A DNA stretch of 46,695 bases from a virus (lineage: Duplodnaviria > Caudoviricetes): the IMG/VR virus record IMGVR_UViG_3300037846_000042, positions 1 to 46,695 of that record, one strand, 5' to 3'. Shown here piece by piece: positions 8,400 through 18,636 of the stretch; the first letter of the stretch is position 1, and the number at the start of each line of letters is the position of its first letter. The notes under the pieces were generated by a model, which saw nothing but the letters and a program-made list of their open reading frames with translations, was not told the DNA's origin and ran no database searches. Made by a program: the position numbers and the translations under genes.

Positions 8400-8427
8400 A
8401 GAGATTAGCATAGGATGCTAGTTTATA
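8400..8427 (-). promoter_or_regulatory. Putative early promoter with operator-like palindrome
   Basis: Palindrome TAGCAT-agg-ATGCTA (8406-8420) lies between a TTTATA -35-like and a TGc-TAATCT -10-like element on the minus strand. Confidence 0.4.
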
Positions 8428-8478
8428 AAGGGTAAGATTGTTGTTATTTCGCGACTAACTTTGAAATCTTATTGCGCG

Positions 8479-9021
8479 CTATTCGTCTGGAATGCCAATT
8501 TCCTTGTAAAGTGCGCGCCGGCCAGAGAGTTCAGCATTATATTCTGCGATTCGGCGCTCGAACATTTCCTTGGCCCAAGGTGCTTCCGCGCCCAAGGGGT
8601 CGGGGAAAGCTTCGGGAGGCATGGTAATGCGAGGTTCCGAGCTGTGCAGCGTCTTGCCACGTTTGTCGCTCAGCATGACGCGCACTTCCCAATCGCCCTT
8701 GCGCTCGTCCAGGAAGAGGCGCCAGACCTTACCGCCAAGCGGTATCTTGTGCCATTCGCCGCGATCCTCGTCATAATCGCGGTTTGCCCATGGGTAAGGG
8801 CGAATGCGCCAGACCGAATTGACGAGCGGCGCGGCCGCTTTGATCGAAGGCGAGTGCGCTTCGAGCTTTGCGAGCACGTCCACCGGAACGGCAAACGTCC
8901 CTTTTTCCCAACGTACCACACTCAACCGGCTAACGCCTGCCAGCTCGGCGAGCTGCGCTTGCGTTATTCCGCGGCCCTTTCGCCACAATAACAGTTCTTC
9001 TTTCGTCATTTGATGCTCCAT
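8479..9021 (-). CDS. XRE-family HTH regulator with an unknown C-terminal domain
   Basis: WRKGRGITQAQLAELAGVSRLSVVRWEKG. Confidence 0.8.
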   Translation of the reverse strand: MEHQMTKEELLLWRKGRGITQAQLAELAGVSRLSVVRWEKGTFAVPVDVLAKLEAHSPSIKAAAPLVNSVWRIRPYPWANRDYDEDRGEWHKIPLGGKVWRLFLDERKGDWEVRVMLSDKRGKTLHSSEPRITMPPEAFPDPLGAEAPWAKEMFERRIAEYNAELSGRRALYKEIGIPDE

Positions 9022-9832
9022 TGGAGTTACGTTTTACGCTTCATTAGCGCTCCAAAAGGATCGAAAAACAAGCGAAATGTATAGCTGGAGTATCACTTTC
9101 GCGTGACATTTACGATACTCGAAATTTGACGTTTACGAGCGATAATCAGCATTGAATACTAAACCACCAAAAAAGTGCTTGGTTTAGCCACTGACAAAAG
9201 ATCAACGATTTCAATAACTATGAACTCAACCACCCGAAAATGCAGGAAGGGGGTGGGGGGGGTGCCTGGTATCGTACACGTTACGATACTTGAGGGGGGG
9301 GGTAGGGGGGTATAAGTGTTTCAGAATAGGTTTAGTAGGTTAGTAGTATACTATACTATATAATATATCAATCATTTCAATGGTCTGTCTATCTGGCCTT
9401 TAACCCAATTCCTATTTGTTGTATTCTATAATACGGAGTGTCTGGCTGGTTTAGCCGACAGCCTGGCCTCCACCGGCCGCCCGCGCGACCAGCATACGAT
9501 ACGATGTAGTGTGTACGACGTATGGAATACTATAGTATCAGATACAACTTGGGTTTAACGGGGGCGCCAGGCGCCAAAGTTAAAATTTTAGGGGCGCACT
9601 CCGCAACCGCATAAAATTTGAAGATTCGACTTTAGTATCCTATAATATATAACTTCCCCTTATCACACATAAAAATCCCCCGCACCTTTCGATGCGAGGG
9701 TCGCCAACTCGGCAGTACAAGGGAGGGAACCTAAGTCTCGCCCACCCGACCCACTGGACGTGGCCCGAGCGATGCGCTACCTTGCATGTTGCGCGATCAT
9801 GCGCAAGCAACTTGTGCCAACCGGAGAACCCA
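9022..9832. promoter_or_regulatory. AT-rich divergent control region (possible origin or packaging terminus)
   Basis: Only long non-coding stretch; lies between the divergent arms; several GTATC/GATAC inverted repeats, G tracts and TATAAT-like boxes. Confidence 0.6.
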
Positions 9833-10519
9833 ATGAGCGATGATCCTCGGGCTGCTGCGCAGCAGCCGCAAGCCGGCTACAATCCCACCCCTCGCCGCTC
9901 CCTGGCCGACTCGCTCGGCTTCACGCACTCCGCGCAGCCGGCCTCTCCTGTCGCGCCGCCGCGCGCGCAGCCCGTCTACGACGACCCCAATACCCCGCCC
10001 GCGAAGCCCACCGGCCAGATGCCCGCGCGCACGTCCCCGCTCGCCCACCTGCCGACCGACGTGCTCTCACGCATGCAGCGCGACATGCGCAGCATCATCC
10101 CCAGCGACCCGACCTTCCTGGCCCATGTGGGCGTGATCCTGCGCTCGCTCATCCAGAACGAGATCAGTGACCCGGCCCGCATCGAGGCTGACAAGCAGGC
10201 ACTGGCCGTTCAGCAGCAGGCCGCCGCTGACAAGCTTGCCGCGGGCACCGCTGCGCGCCACGAGCAGGAGAAAGCCACCCTGGCCGCATCCATGCCCGCA
10301 CAGCCCACGCCGGCCGACGAGCGTCAGCAACACGCTCTTGCGGTCAAGCACCAGGAGGAACTCAACGCCATCGAGCGCGAGAACGCCGTGACGGCCCTGG
10401 CCGCCAAGCAGGCTCAGGACGCCAAGGACTTCGCTATCCTCCAGCAGAAGCAGCGCGACGCCCTAGCCGCGGAGTTCAACGCCCAGATCGCTGACCCGCA
10501 GGGCGCGCCGGCCATATGA
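9833..10519 (+). CDS. Hypothetical protein (Pro-rich N-terminus, Ala/Gln helical C-terminus); positional TerS candidate
   Basis: GGAGA RBS before MSDDPRAAAQQ; first gene of the late arm. Confidence 0.6.
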   Translation: MSDDPRAAAQQPQAGYNPTPRRSLADSLGFTHSAQPASPVAPPRAQPVYDDPNTPPAKPTGQMPARTSPLAHLPTDVLSRMQRDMRSIIPSDPTFLAHVGVILRSLIQNEISDPARIEADKQALAVQQQAAADKLAAGTAARHEQEKATLAASMPAQPTPADERQQHALAVKHQEELNAIERENAVTALAAKQAQDAKDFAILQQKQRDALAAEFNAQIADPQGAPAI

Positions 10520-10722
10520 GCGTCGTCAAGCTGGCACGCGTTCCCGACAAGGTTTATACGCTCGATGAACTGTTGGGGGCCGCGCGCCAGTTCGAGGCGA
10601 TCCAGCATGTCGTCATGATCGTCGAGGATGCCGAGGGCGTGAGCATATTGACGATCGACGGCACGACTGACGAGAGGATGAACTGGCTGCTGGACAGAGC
10701 AAAGAGGATGCTGCACGAATGA
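10516..10722 (+). CDS. Hypothetical protein
   Basis: 68 aa, ATGA overlaps. Confidence 0.7.
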   Translation: MSVVKLARVPDKVYTLDELLGAARQFEAIQHVVMIVEDAEGVSILTIDGTTDERMNWLLDRAKRMLHE

Positions 10723-10916
10723 TGACCTCGCGCCCCATCGTCTCGTCCATGATCGCGAGTGCCGGCTACGACCCCGACACCCGCGCGATGGAGATTGAGT
10801 TTAGGTCGGGCAAGACCTACACTTTCGAGGAAGTGCCCCCTTACGTGTTCGAGAATCTGCTATCCTCGGACTCGCCTGGTAGATATTTCAATCAATCGAT
10901 CAAGGGCGTGTATTGA
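10719..10916 (+). CDS. KTSC domain protein
   Basis: VSSMIASAGYD...EIEFRSGKTYTF..VP.......SDSPGRYFNQSIKG. Confidence 0.9.
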   Translation: MMTSRPIVSSMIASAGYDPDTRAMEIEFRSGKTYTFEEVPPYVFENLLSSDSPGRYFNQSIKGVY

Positions 10917-12940
10917 ACGAGAAAGAGCAAGCGATCTTGAAACTCGGGCGCGATCGTATCCTCGCCCATCAGGTTCTGTTTCGGCACCGCCATCCAGATT
11001 CCACGCCTGCGTTCCACGAAGAAATAATCACGCTCTGGCACAGCCAACTCCCCAAGGCTCTGGTCATGGCCTTCCGCGAGGGTGGCAAGTCGACCATAGC
11101 CGAGGAGGCATTCGTCGTCGGCGCCGAGTACAAACTGTTTCATAACGCCATCATCGTCGGCTCCACCGAGAAGCGCGCGTGTGAGCGCCTGCGCGCCATC
11201 AAGCACGAGATCGAGACCAACGAGCTGCTCGACTCTCTCTTCGGCTATCAGGTCGGCAAGGTGTGGAACGAGGCCGAGATCATTCTCGCCAATGGCGTGC
11301 GCATCATCGCGGTCGGTCGTGGTCAGTCGTTGCGCGGCACCAAGCATCTGCATTACCGCCCCGACTTCTGTTTCTGCGACGACTTGGAAGACAAGGAGCA
11401 TATCGTCACGCCCGAGGCGCGCGACGCCACGCAAGCATGGATGATGGAGGAGTTGCTCCCCTGTCTGGACAAGGGTGCGCGCATCCGCATGAACGCCACG
11501 CCGCTCGACAAGGACAGCTTGCCGATGCGGGTGCGCAAGTGGGACGCTTGGCAGACGCGGGTTTATCCGATCGAGTACGTCGATCCGCAGGGACGCCGTC
11601 AAGCCACCTGGCCGTCGCGCTACCCGCTTGAGTGGATCGACGCCAAGAAAAAGGAGTACGACGATGCAGGCGATCCCGAGGGTTACGCTCGTGAATATAT
11701 GTGCGTTGCAGAAGACCCTCGCGCGAAGATATTCACATCTGGAATGTTTGTTGTCGAACCTAGAGTGCATACTTGGCAACCAACTTTCGCAATGTACGAC
11801 CCCGCTAGAACTACTAAAGCTACGAGCGCAACTACAGGTTGGGCAGTGTGGAGCTGGATCGTCAACCGACTGATCGTCTGGGATGCCGGTGCTGAGATGT
11901 GGAAGCCGGACCAGCTCGTCGACCACATTTTCAAACTGCACGATAAGTTCAACCCGGTGGAGATCGGCGTCGAGGAGGATGGACTTAACGAGTGGATACT
12001 TCAGCCTCTGCGTCACGAGCAACTGCGGCGCAACACACTGATCCCCTTGCGCGCCATGAAGGCGCCGAAGGGGAAGATCAGTTTCATCGAGGGGCTACAG
12101 CCCTTCTTCCTGGCAGGGGAGGTTAGCTTTGCGAAAGAGTTGTCGAATCTTGTGCAACAGTTTTTGTCCTTTCCGACGGGAAGGATTGACGCTCCCAATG
12201 CGCTTGCATATGCGCCCCGAATGCGTTCAGGAATTGTTGTCTATGACAATTTCTCAGCCGGAAATGTTTCGGATGAACTCGCAATCAGGGCTCGATCTCC
12301 AATCTGGCTCGCGCTTAACGCCGCGCAAGGACTGACCACCGCGGTCGCGGTCCAGTTTGTCGAAGGAGCTTTGCATGTCTTGGAAGACTACGTTCGAGAG
12401 GGCGACCCAGGGGCGGTGCTCGCGAGCCTGGTCGCGACTGCGCAGACCTCCCTCGGGGCTGTCCGCCTCGTGGCAGGCAACGACCATTTTGGTTCTTACA
12501 ATCATCTTGGGCTTAGGGGCGCTGTGGCTAAGCTCCCATCCGAGCTGCGACACGGCGGCACTCCCTCAGTGGGGCGCGACGAGATTCGGGGATTGCTTCA
12601 GCGTCAAATCCGCGGACTCCCCGCTCTCCAGATCAGCACCCGCGCTAGATGGACCCTGAATGCCTTCGCGGCCGGCTACGCGCGCGCGGTGGACAAGCGC
12701 GGCGTGGTGCAGGAGGAGGCGCGCGAGGGCGTCTACCGGACGCTGATGGAGGGTCTGGAGGCCTTTACGGCGCTGTTGAAAGTCGGTACGCTGTCGGACA
12801 GCCCGCCCAACGTGCGGATGACCGAAGGGGGACAACGGTATGTCTCAGCGCTTCCGGGACGTTCTGTCCCTCTGCCCGCCAAGGATGCTGTTCTTCAGCC
12901 TTCTGCTGTTACCGATTTTCCTCTTTCCGCACGACGCTGA
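10913..12940 (+). CDS. terL: Terminase large subunit
   Basis: Walker A AFREGGKST, GQSLRG, Walker B RPDFCFCDDLED, REYM, nuclease YDPA...GVEEDG...FPTGRIDAPNALAY. Confidence 0.93.
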   Translation: MNEKEQAILKLGRDRILAHQVLFRHRHPDSTPAFHEEIITLWHSQLPKALVMAFREGGKSTIAEEAFVVGAEYKLFHNAIIVGSTEKRACERLRAIKHEIETNELLDSLFGYQVGKVWNEAEIILANGVRIIAVGRGQSLRGTKHLHYRPDFCFCDDLEDKEHIVTPEARDATQAWMMEELLPCLDKGARIRMNATPLDKDSLPMRVRKWDAWQTRVYPIEYVDPQGRRQATWPSRYPLEWIDAKKKEYDDAGDPEGYAREYMCVAEDPRAKIFTSGMFVVEPRVHTWQPTFAMYDPARTTKATSATTGWAVWSWIVNRLIVWDAGAEMWKPDQLVDHIFKLHDKFNPVEIGVEEDGLNEWILQPLRHEQLRRNTLIPLRAMKAPKGKISFIEGLQPFFLAGEVSFAKELSNLVQQFLSFPTGRIDAPNALAYAPRMRSGIVVYDNFSAGNVSDELAIRARSPIWLALNAAQGLTTAVAVQFVEGALHVLEDYVREGDPGAVLASLVATAQTSLGAVRLVAGNDHFGSYNHLGLRGAVAKLPSELRHGGTPSVGRDEIRGLLQRQIRGLPALQISTRARWTLNAFAAGYARAVDKRGVVQEEAREGVYRTLMEGLEAFTALLKVGTLSDSPPNVRMTEGGQRYVSALPGRSVPLPAKDAVLQPSAVTDFPLSARR

Positions 12941-13292
12941 TGCCCAGAATATCGATGGCAACATAAAGTCGTTCATTGTCCTAAACAACACGACTTCGGT
13001 TCCGATCATCACGGGCAACCACTGGGTAACCACCGTTGAGGTTTTCAACAACTCGACCACGATTGCGTGGCTCAAGCTCTACGACGCCACGACCGCCACT
13101 TGCGGCAGCGGCACCCCGGTTGCCCGCTACATGATCCCTGGTAATACCAACGGTTCGGGCGGCATCTCGAACTACTCGGTGCAGGATCGCTACATCAGCG
13201 GTATCGTAGCTTGCGTGACTACTGGCATTGCGGATAGCGACACATCGGCACCCGCCGCCACCACATATGTGTGGCAAGTTCACTGGAGGTGA
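12840..13292 (+). CDS. Signal-peptide-bearing beta-rich protein, putative virion accessory (alternative start 12885)
   Basis: MLFFSLLLLPIFLFPHDADA|Q, followed by Thr/Asn-rich beta strands. Confidence 0.7.
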   Translation: MSQRFRDVLSLCPPRMLFFSLLLLPIFLFPHDADAQNIDGNIKSFIVLNNTTSVPIITGNHWVTTVEVFNNSTTIAWLKLYDATTATCGSGTPVARYMIPGNTNGSGGISNYSVQDRYISGIVACVTTGIADSDTSAPAATTYVWQVHWR

Positions 13293-13293
13293 C

Positions 13294-13500
13294 ATGCGCT
13301 GGCGCGTGCTGATCCTTGCGTTGGCCGCAGCCCTACTATCGGGGCGCGCCGATTCGCGCGGTATCAGTGGCATGATGGGCATACTTGGTGGCGGCAGCGG
13401 GGCACCTCCTGTTTCCGGTGCGCTTATTCTTGAGGACGGCGCCTCGTTCTTGCTGCTTGAAGATGGCTCACGCCATCTTTGTCTTGAGGGAGGTTGCTGA
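13294..13500 (+). CDS. Small signal-peptide protein with LLLEDG repeats
   Basis: GGAGG upstream; MRWRVLILALAAALLSGRADS...LILEDGASFLLLEDGSRHLCLEGGC. Confidence 0.7.
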   Translation: MRWRVLILALAAALLSGRADSRGISGMMGILGGGSGAPPVSGALILEDGASFLLLEDGSRHLCLEGGC

Positions 13501-15212
13501 TGCGCAAGTGGCTCGCAATATGGGCGCTCCTGGTAGGGTTGCCGATTACGCTTGCGTGGGCGGCAAATACGCAGCTATCTAACCTCACGGCTGGCGGCGC
13601 GGTGTCGGCTACCGACTTGTTCTACAATGTTCAGTCTGCTGGCTCTGGTGGCGTCAAGACAACCGCAGCGCAATTCGCGACATTCGCGTGGACGAACCCA
13701 GTTATCACTGGATCGCTGACCGCGACCGGGCTCGTGACCAACGCCGATCTCGTGAACCCGGCCACGACCGTCAACGGGCAGACTTGCACACTCGGCTCGA
13801 CTTGCACGGCCCCGGCTGCTGCCGGGACACTGACAGGCACAACGCTTGCTGCTGGTGTCACAGCGTCATCGCTGACCAGCACCGGAACGCTCGCCGGACT
13901 GACGGTGACGGGCTCTTTCACGGCAACAGGGCTAGTTACGAATGCTGATCTTGCGGGTTCTATTGCCGCCGCGAAACTGATCGGCACGGACATCGCGACG
14001 GTCGGCACTCTCACTAGTGGTACTGCTGGAACCGGCTTCGTCATTGGCGGCACCACCATGACGCTCGGCTCGGATGCGACCGGGGATATGTACTATCGCA
14101 ATTCGAGCGGCGTCCTGACGCGGCTTGCAGTTTGTACCGGGACGAATGTTCTCGGGGCATCTGGCGGCTTGCCGGCTTGCGTGGCGCAAAGCGGTGGTGG
14201 AGGAACTCCCGGCGGAGCAAACACCAACGTCCAGTTCAATAACTCGTCTGCCTTCGGGGGCGATGCGGGGTTCACTTACGCGGGCACCGGGCAAGTCACA
14301 ATCACGAACTCGACCGTCAACACCACGCCATTGACGATGACAGGGCAATCACTTACAGGAACAGATACGCACTCGTTCCTGAGCATGACGGGCACGTTGA
14401 ACACGTCCGGCGCTGTTGATGTGATCGCATTGCATGAAACCTGCACTTCTTGTGCGAGTGCGAACTTGTTTAACCTGTATGGCGGCGCGGCTGGCACGAC
14501 CAGTGAGTTCAAGGTTAGTCCTACGGGTGTTGTGACAGCAGCAAATAGCGTCGTAACGCTGAATAATTTTGTTATTTCAAACGGCGGCGCTGTAGTTACT
14601 GCCAACAGTCAAAATGAAATTCAATTTAACCAAGGTACAAATTTGCAAGTGTTTTGGAACAACACTGGCCCGCAATGGCAACTGAATGTTACCGACCTAG
14701 CAATGGAGCTTGCTGCGAATTATAAAGTTGCGTGGGGCGCGACGGCTGACAGCACCGGGACGCTCGACACTTTCCTAATTCGCAAAGGCGCGGCAAATGT
14801 CGCTTTCGGAACAACTGATGCAGCTGCGCCGGTTGCGCAGACTATATCCATGCAGAATGTTGTTGCGGGCACGAGCAATACGGCGGGTGCTAATACGACT
14901 ATAAAGGGCTCTATAGGCACAGGTACAGGTGTGGGTGGTGATATAATCTTTCAAGCTGCGCGCGCTGGTACAACGGGTACGGCACAAAATGCCTTGCAGA
15001 CAGTATTCACGGTCAAGAATACAGGTGTTATTCAAGATAATGTAGTGTTCTCTGCTGCCGGTACGCCGCTGCCGACTTGCAATGCTGGCGCGGAGGGCTC
15101 GCGTGGCGCTGTATCAGACGCCTTGACCCCTACGTTTTTGACCGCCTATGTCAGTGGCGGCGCTGTTCACGCATCTGTTTACTGTGATGGCACGAGCTGG
15201 AAAACGGATTGA
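13500..15212 (+). CDS. Tail-fibre-like protein with an N-terminal signal peptide
   Basis: Thr/Gly/Ala-rich; fibre motifs TGDMYYRNSSG.LTRLAV, PGGANTNVQFNNSSAFGG, VYCDGTSWK; internal repeat TGS.TATGLVTNADL. Confidence 0.75.
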   Translation: MRKWLAIWALLVGLPITLAWAANTQLSNLTAGGAVSATDLFYNVQSAGSGGVKTTAAQFATFAWTNPVITGSLTATGLVTNADLVNPATTVNGQTCTLGSTCTAPAAAGTLTGTTLAAGVTASSLTSTGTLAGLTVTGSFTATGLVTNADLAGSIAAAKLIGTDIATVGTLTSGTAGTGFVIGGTTMTLGSDATGDMYYRNSSGVLTRLAVCTGTNVLGASGGLPACVAQSGGGGTPGGANTNVQFNNSSAFGGDAGFTYAGTGQVTITNSTVNTTPLTMTGQSLTGTDTHSFLSMTGTLNTSGAVDVIALHETCTSCASANLFNLYGGAAGTTSEFKVSPTGVVTAANSVVTLNNFVISNGGAVVTANSQNEIQFNQGTNLQVFWNNTGPQWQLNVTDLAMELAANYKVAWGATADSTGTLDTFLIRKGAANVAFGTTDAAAPVAQTISMQNVVAGTSNTAGANTTIKGSIGTGTGVGGDIIFQAARAGTTGTAQNALQTVFTVKNTGVIQDNVVFSAAGTPLPTCNAGAEGSRGAVSDALTPTFLTAYVSGGAVHASVYCDGTSWKTD

Positions 15213-15216
15213 ACCC

Positions 15217-15546
15217 ATGATCAGAGCAGCGCTAGCGTTTCTACTCGCATCTGTGCTTTCGGCTAACGCCGGGAGCTTAACTATCACCTACAAGAACACG
15301 GCCGGCACCACGACGTTCGCGCCTACAGCCACGATCTCGGACGCTGACGCAGCGACGTTCGTTTCTTGGTGCTCGGCGCATTACGCCAGTACGCCGGGGA
15401 GCGGGACCGCCGCTGGCTGTTTCAATATCTACGCGAACGACATTTTTAACCAGTTGAAGTTGGCTGTGCAAGCCGCAGCGCAGACGACGGCAGCGCAAAA
15501 TGCGGCTAATGCTGTCGTGCCAATCACTGTAACGCCTGCACAATAA
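15217..15546 (+). CDS. Signal-peptide-bearing protein (possible fibre chaperone or accessory)
   Basis: MIRAALAFLLASVLSANA|G; directly downstream of the fibre gene. Confidence 0.65.
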   Translation: MIRAALAFLLASVLSANAGSLTITYKNTAGTTTFAPTATISDADAATFVSWCSAHYASTPGSGTAAGCFNIYANDIFNQLKLAVQAAAQTTAAQNAANAVVPITVTPAQ

Positions 15547-15586
15547 ACATTTCTCTATTGCGGTATGGTTCAACAAAGTAGGATAA

Positions 15587-17734
15587 ATGGCAGACGAAGA
15601 AAAAGAAGTCGAAGATTCAACACCTCCTCCGCAACAGACGGAGGATCGGGAAGCCGAGCTGAAGGACAAGCCCGGCGTCGAGAAGCATTGTCTTGAGCTT
15701 TACAAGGACATCGAGAAGGGGTTTCAGGATCAGTGGGAGCGCGGCAACTCCCAGATGGACTATTGGGACATCTACAATTGCAACCTTGGACCTAACCAAT
15801 TCTATTCGGGCAACTCCAAGATTTTCGTTCCGATCGTCCACGACGCCGTGAACGCGCGCAAAACGCGCTTCGTCAATCAGATTTTCCCGCAGTCCGGCAA
15901 GCACATCGAGGTTTCGGCCAGTGAGGATAAGCCGCAAGCCATCATGTCGCTGCTGGAGTTCTACATTCGCAAGTGTCGGCTGCGCACGTCCGTGATGCCA
16001 GGTTTGGTGCGCAACGGTGATGTGGAGGGGCAATATAATCTCGTCGTGAGCTGGACGCGCAATGAGCGGCACGTAGCGATGCGGGTGAAGAAAGGTCCGA
16101 CGATCGACGCGCTCAAGATCGAGGGCGAAGAGGAGTTCGACGACATCGAGGAGGAGACGCTCGTTCATCAGTATCCGAATGTCGAGGTTGTGCCCGACGC
16201 GGACGTGCTGGTATTGCCGTTCACGGCGCCTTCGATCGAGGCTGCGGTGCAGAACGGCGGCTCCGTGACGGTCATCCGCCGTTGGTCGAAGGCCAAAATC
16301 AGGCAGCTCATTCGCGAGAAGGAGATCGACAAGGAGGCGGGTCAAGCGCTGATCGAGGCGATGTCGCAGAAAGGCCGTGAGCAGTCGATCAACAAAGATA
16401 AGCGCATGGTCGATGCGGCCGGCATCAAGTCGGAAGGCGGCAAGATTTCGGCGCAGATTTACGAGACGTGGAGCAAGATAAACGTCGAGGGCGAGCGCCG
16501 CATGTGCCGCACTTATTTCGGCGGTGAGGATACGATCTTGTCGGTCAAGCGCAACCCGTACTGGTGCGACAAGGTGCCGGTGCTGTCGGCGCCAGTCGAG
16601 AAGGTGCAAGGCTCGTTCAAGGGAATGAGCAAGATCAAGTTTGTCGATACCATGCAGTACGCTGCGAATGACGCGGTGAACATGGGGTGGGACGCTGCCG
16701 CTTACGCGCTATTGCCGATCATCATGACGGACCCGGAGAAGAACCCGCGCACGGGCTCGATGATCCTCAATGTGGCGGCGATCTGGGAAACAAGTCCGAA
16801 GGATACGCAGTTCGCCAATTTCCCGCCGCTATGGAAGGATGCGTTTGGCTTGGTCAATGCGTCCAAGGAGCAGATATTTCAGACGCTGGGTGTCAATCCC
16901 GCCATGATGCCGCAGCAGTCGTCGGCGCCGGGCAAGAAGATGAACCAGGCACAGATTGCCAATGAGCAGCAGGTCGACTTGCTTACGACCGCGGATGCGG
17001 TGACGACGCTGGAAGGGGAAATTCTTACGCCGTTGTTGCAGTGGTTCATCTGGCTCGATCATCAATATCGCGACGAGGATATTACGTTGCGGGCGTTTGG
17101 CGAGATGGGTATCCGGGCCGAGATGGAGCGAATCGAGCCGGTGCAGATGGATCGTCGCTTTGAGTTCCGATGGTTCGGCGTCGAGGCGGCGCGCAATGCG
17201 CAGCAGCTTCAGATGCAGATGGCCGGTATGAACATGATCAACGGCATACCGCCGCAGAAATATCCGGGCTATGAGCTGAACATGGCGCCGGTCATTTCGC
17301 AGTTCATCGAGAACCTGTTCGGCCCGCGGCTGGCGCCGCAGATATTCACCGACATCAGGAGCAAGTTGACGCTCGACCCCGAGTTCGAAAACACGATGTT
17401 GGAGGCTGGCTATCCACTGCTTGTCCACCCGATGGACGACGACGCCGCGCACATGCAGGCGCACATGCAGGCGTTCCAGCAGCAAGGCGACATGCACGGC
17501 ACGATTCGCGAGCATATGATTCGGCATCAAATGAACATGCAGCAGAAGCAGCAAGCCATGCAGATGCAGCAGCAACAGATGATGGCGGGCGGTCAGCAAC
17601 AGCAGAAAGGCCAAGGAGGTCAGCCGCGACAAGGCGCGGTGCCGGGCGGCCCGCGACCGAACGGGCAGATGCCTCCGGGTGCCGTGCATCAGGATAGGAT
17701 GCACCAGGGCGCTCCACGCGCCGCGAGGGGCTGA
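15587..17734 (+). CDS. Portal protein (P22-like podovirus type)
   Basis: 715 aa; downstream of TerL; helical, with a Gln-rich C-terminal barrel-like region and DD..HM..H motif. Confidence 0.85.
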   Translation: MADEEKEVEDSTPPPQQTEDREAELKDKPGVEKHCLELYKDIEKGFQDQWERGNSQMDYWDIYNCNLGPNQFYSGNSKIFVPIVHDAVNARKTRFVNQIFPQSGKHIEVSASEDKPQAIMSLLEFYIRKCRLRTSVMPGLVRNGDVEGQYNLVVSWTRNERHVAMRVKKGPTIDALKIEGEEEFDDIEEETLVHQYPNVEVVPDADVLVLPFTAPSIEAAVQNGGSVTVIRRWSKAKIRQLIREKEIDKEAGQALIEAMSQKGREQSINKDKRMVDAAGIKSEGGKISAQIYETWSKINVEGERRMCRTYFGGEDTILSVKRNPYWCDKVPVLSAPVEKVQGSFKGMSKIKFVDTMQYAANDAVNMGWDAAAYALLPIIMTDPEKNPRTGSMILNVAAIWETSPKDTQFANFPPLWKDAFGLVNASKEQIFQTLGVNPAMMPQQSSAPGKKMNQAQIANEQQVDLLTTADAVTTLEGEILTPLLQWFIWLDHQYRDEDITLRAFGEMGIRAEMERIEPVQMDRRFEFRWFGVEAARNAQQLQMQMAGMNMINGIPPQKYPGYELNMAPVISQFIENLFGPRLAPQIFTDIRSKLTLDPEFENTMLEAGYPLLVHPMDDDAAHMQAHMQAFQQQGDMHGTIREHMIRHQMNMQQKQQAMQMQQQQMMAGGQQQQKGQGGQPRQGAVPGGPRPNGQMPPGAVHQDRMHQGAPRAARG

Positions 17735-18636
17735 TGGCTATCCTCAAGCCCCGTCAATATTTTAGGGACGATTCGTTTTTTGTTTTTTTGACTGCCGACG
17801 ACGTTCTAAATGCTTTGCTGATCAATTCGAACGCTCCTTACATTCGCCGTCGTTTAACAGGCACCACTACGTTTTATGCCGCGACGACTGGCAGTGATAC
17901 GAACGACGGCTTGACGCCCGGAACGCCGTGGCGGCACATAAATTATGGGCTGGCTTATATTTCACAGAATTACGATTTCGCTGGGCAAAGTGCGATTTTA
18001 CAGCTTGCAGATGGAACTTATGTAGAGAATGTAAATCAGACGGCGATCGTGGGCAGAGGCGCTTTGGCACAAGCGACGGCTATCATTCAGGGCAATGCTG
18101 CGAATCATTCAGCAGTAATCATTGCTCCGACGACAGGAAATTGTTCTGTCGCTGTCGATCTTAATGGCGGCGGGTGGACGTGGAAGAACGTGCGCTTTAC
18201 GACACCTGCCGGCGCAGGCATTTTTGTGGACTATAGCGCGGCGACTTTCTTTGATGGTTGCGTGTTTGACACTTGTACGAACCACATTCAAGCTTCGAAT
18301 GGCGGGTTTTCGGAAGCAATAAATAATCCTTACGATGTCGTGGGCGGTGCGGCAGGCGCTCATTTTAACATGGTAAATCAAGGAAAATTTATAGCTCAGT
18401 CTGCTGCGCATTGTCAGATTCCAAACGCTTTGGCGTTCGGCTTTTTTGCTTTTGCGAACGGGCAAGGTAATATCGACGCGGAGTTTTTGACTATCTCGGG
18501 GGCAGGAGTTGCAGGGACGACAGGAACAAGATATTCGTCTTCCGGCGTTTCCATAATAAACACGGGCGGCGGCGGACCTAACTTTTTCCCCGGCAATGTC
18601 GGGGGCTCAACGGCGAACGGAGGGCAATACACCTGA
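17734..18636 (+). CDS. Beta-helix (pectin-lyase-like) spike or fibre protein
   Basis: FYAATTGSDTNDGLTPGTPWRHI, LQLADGTY.E, IIQGN, C-terminal FFPGNVGGSTANGGQY. Confidence 0.7.
   Translation: MAILKPRQYFRDDSFFVFLTADDVLNALLINSNAPYIRRRLTGTTTFYAATTGSDTNDGLTPGTPWRHINYGLAYISQNYDFAGQSAILQLADGTYVENVNQTAIVGRGALAQATAIIQGNAANHSAVIIAPTTGNCSVAVDLNGGGWTWKNVRFTTPAGAGIFVDYSAATFFDGCVFDTCTNHIQASNGGFSEAINNPYDVVGGAAGAHFNMVNQGKFIAQSAAHCQIPNALAFGFFAFANGQGNIDAEFLTISGAGVAGTTGTRYSSSGVSIINTGGGGPNFFPGNVGGSTANGGQYT

Noticed and set aside
8390-8416. Plus-strand promoter TTGACA...TAGGAT
   Set aside because: Spacer is only 15 nt and it would point antisense into the XRE gene
9022-9832. tRNA or attP site
   Set aside because: No cloverleaf or T-loop consensus found, and no integrase in the genome
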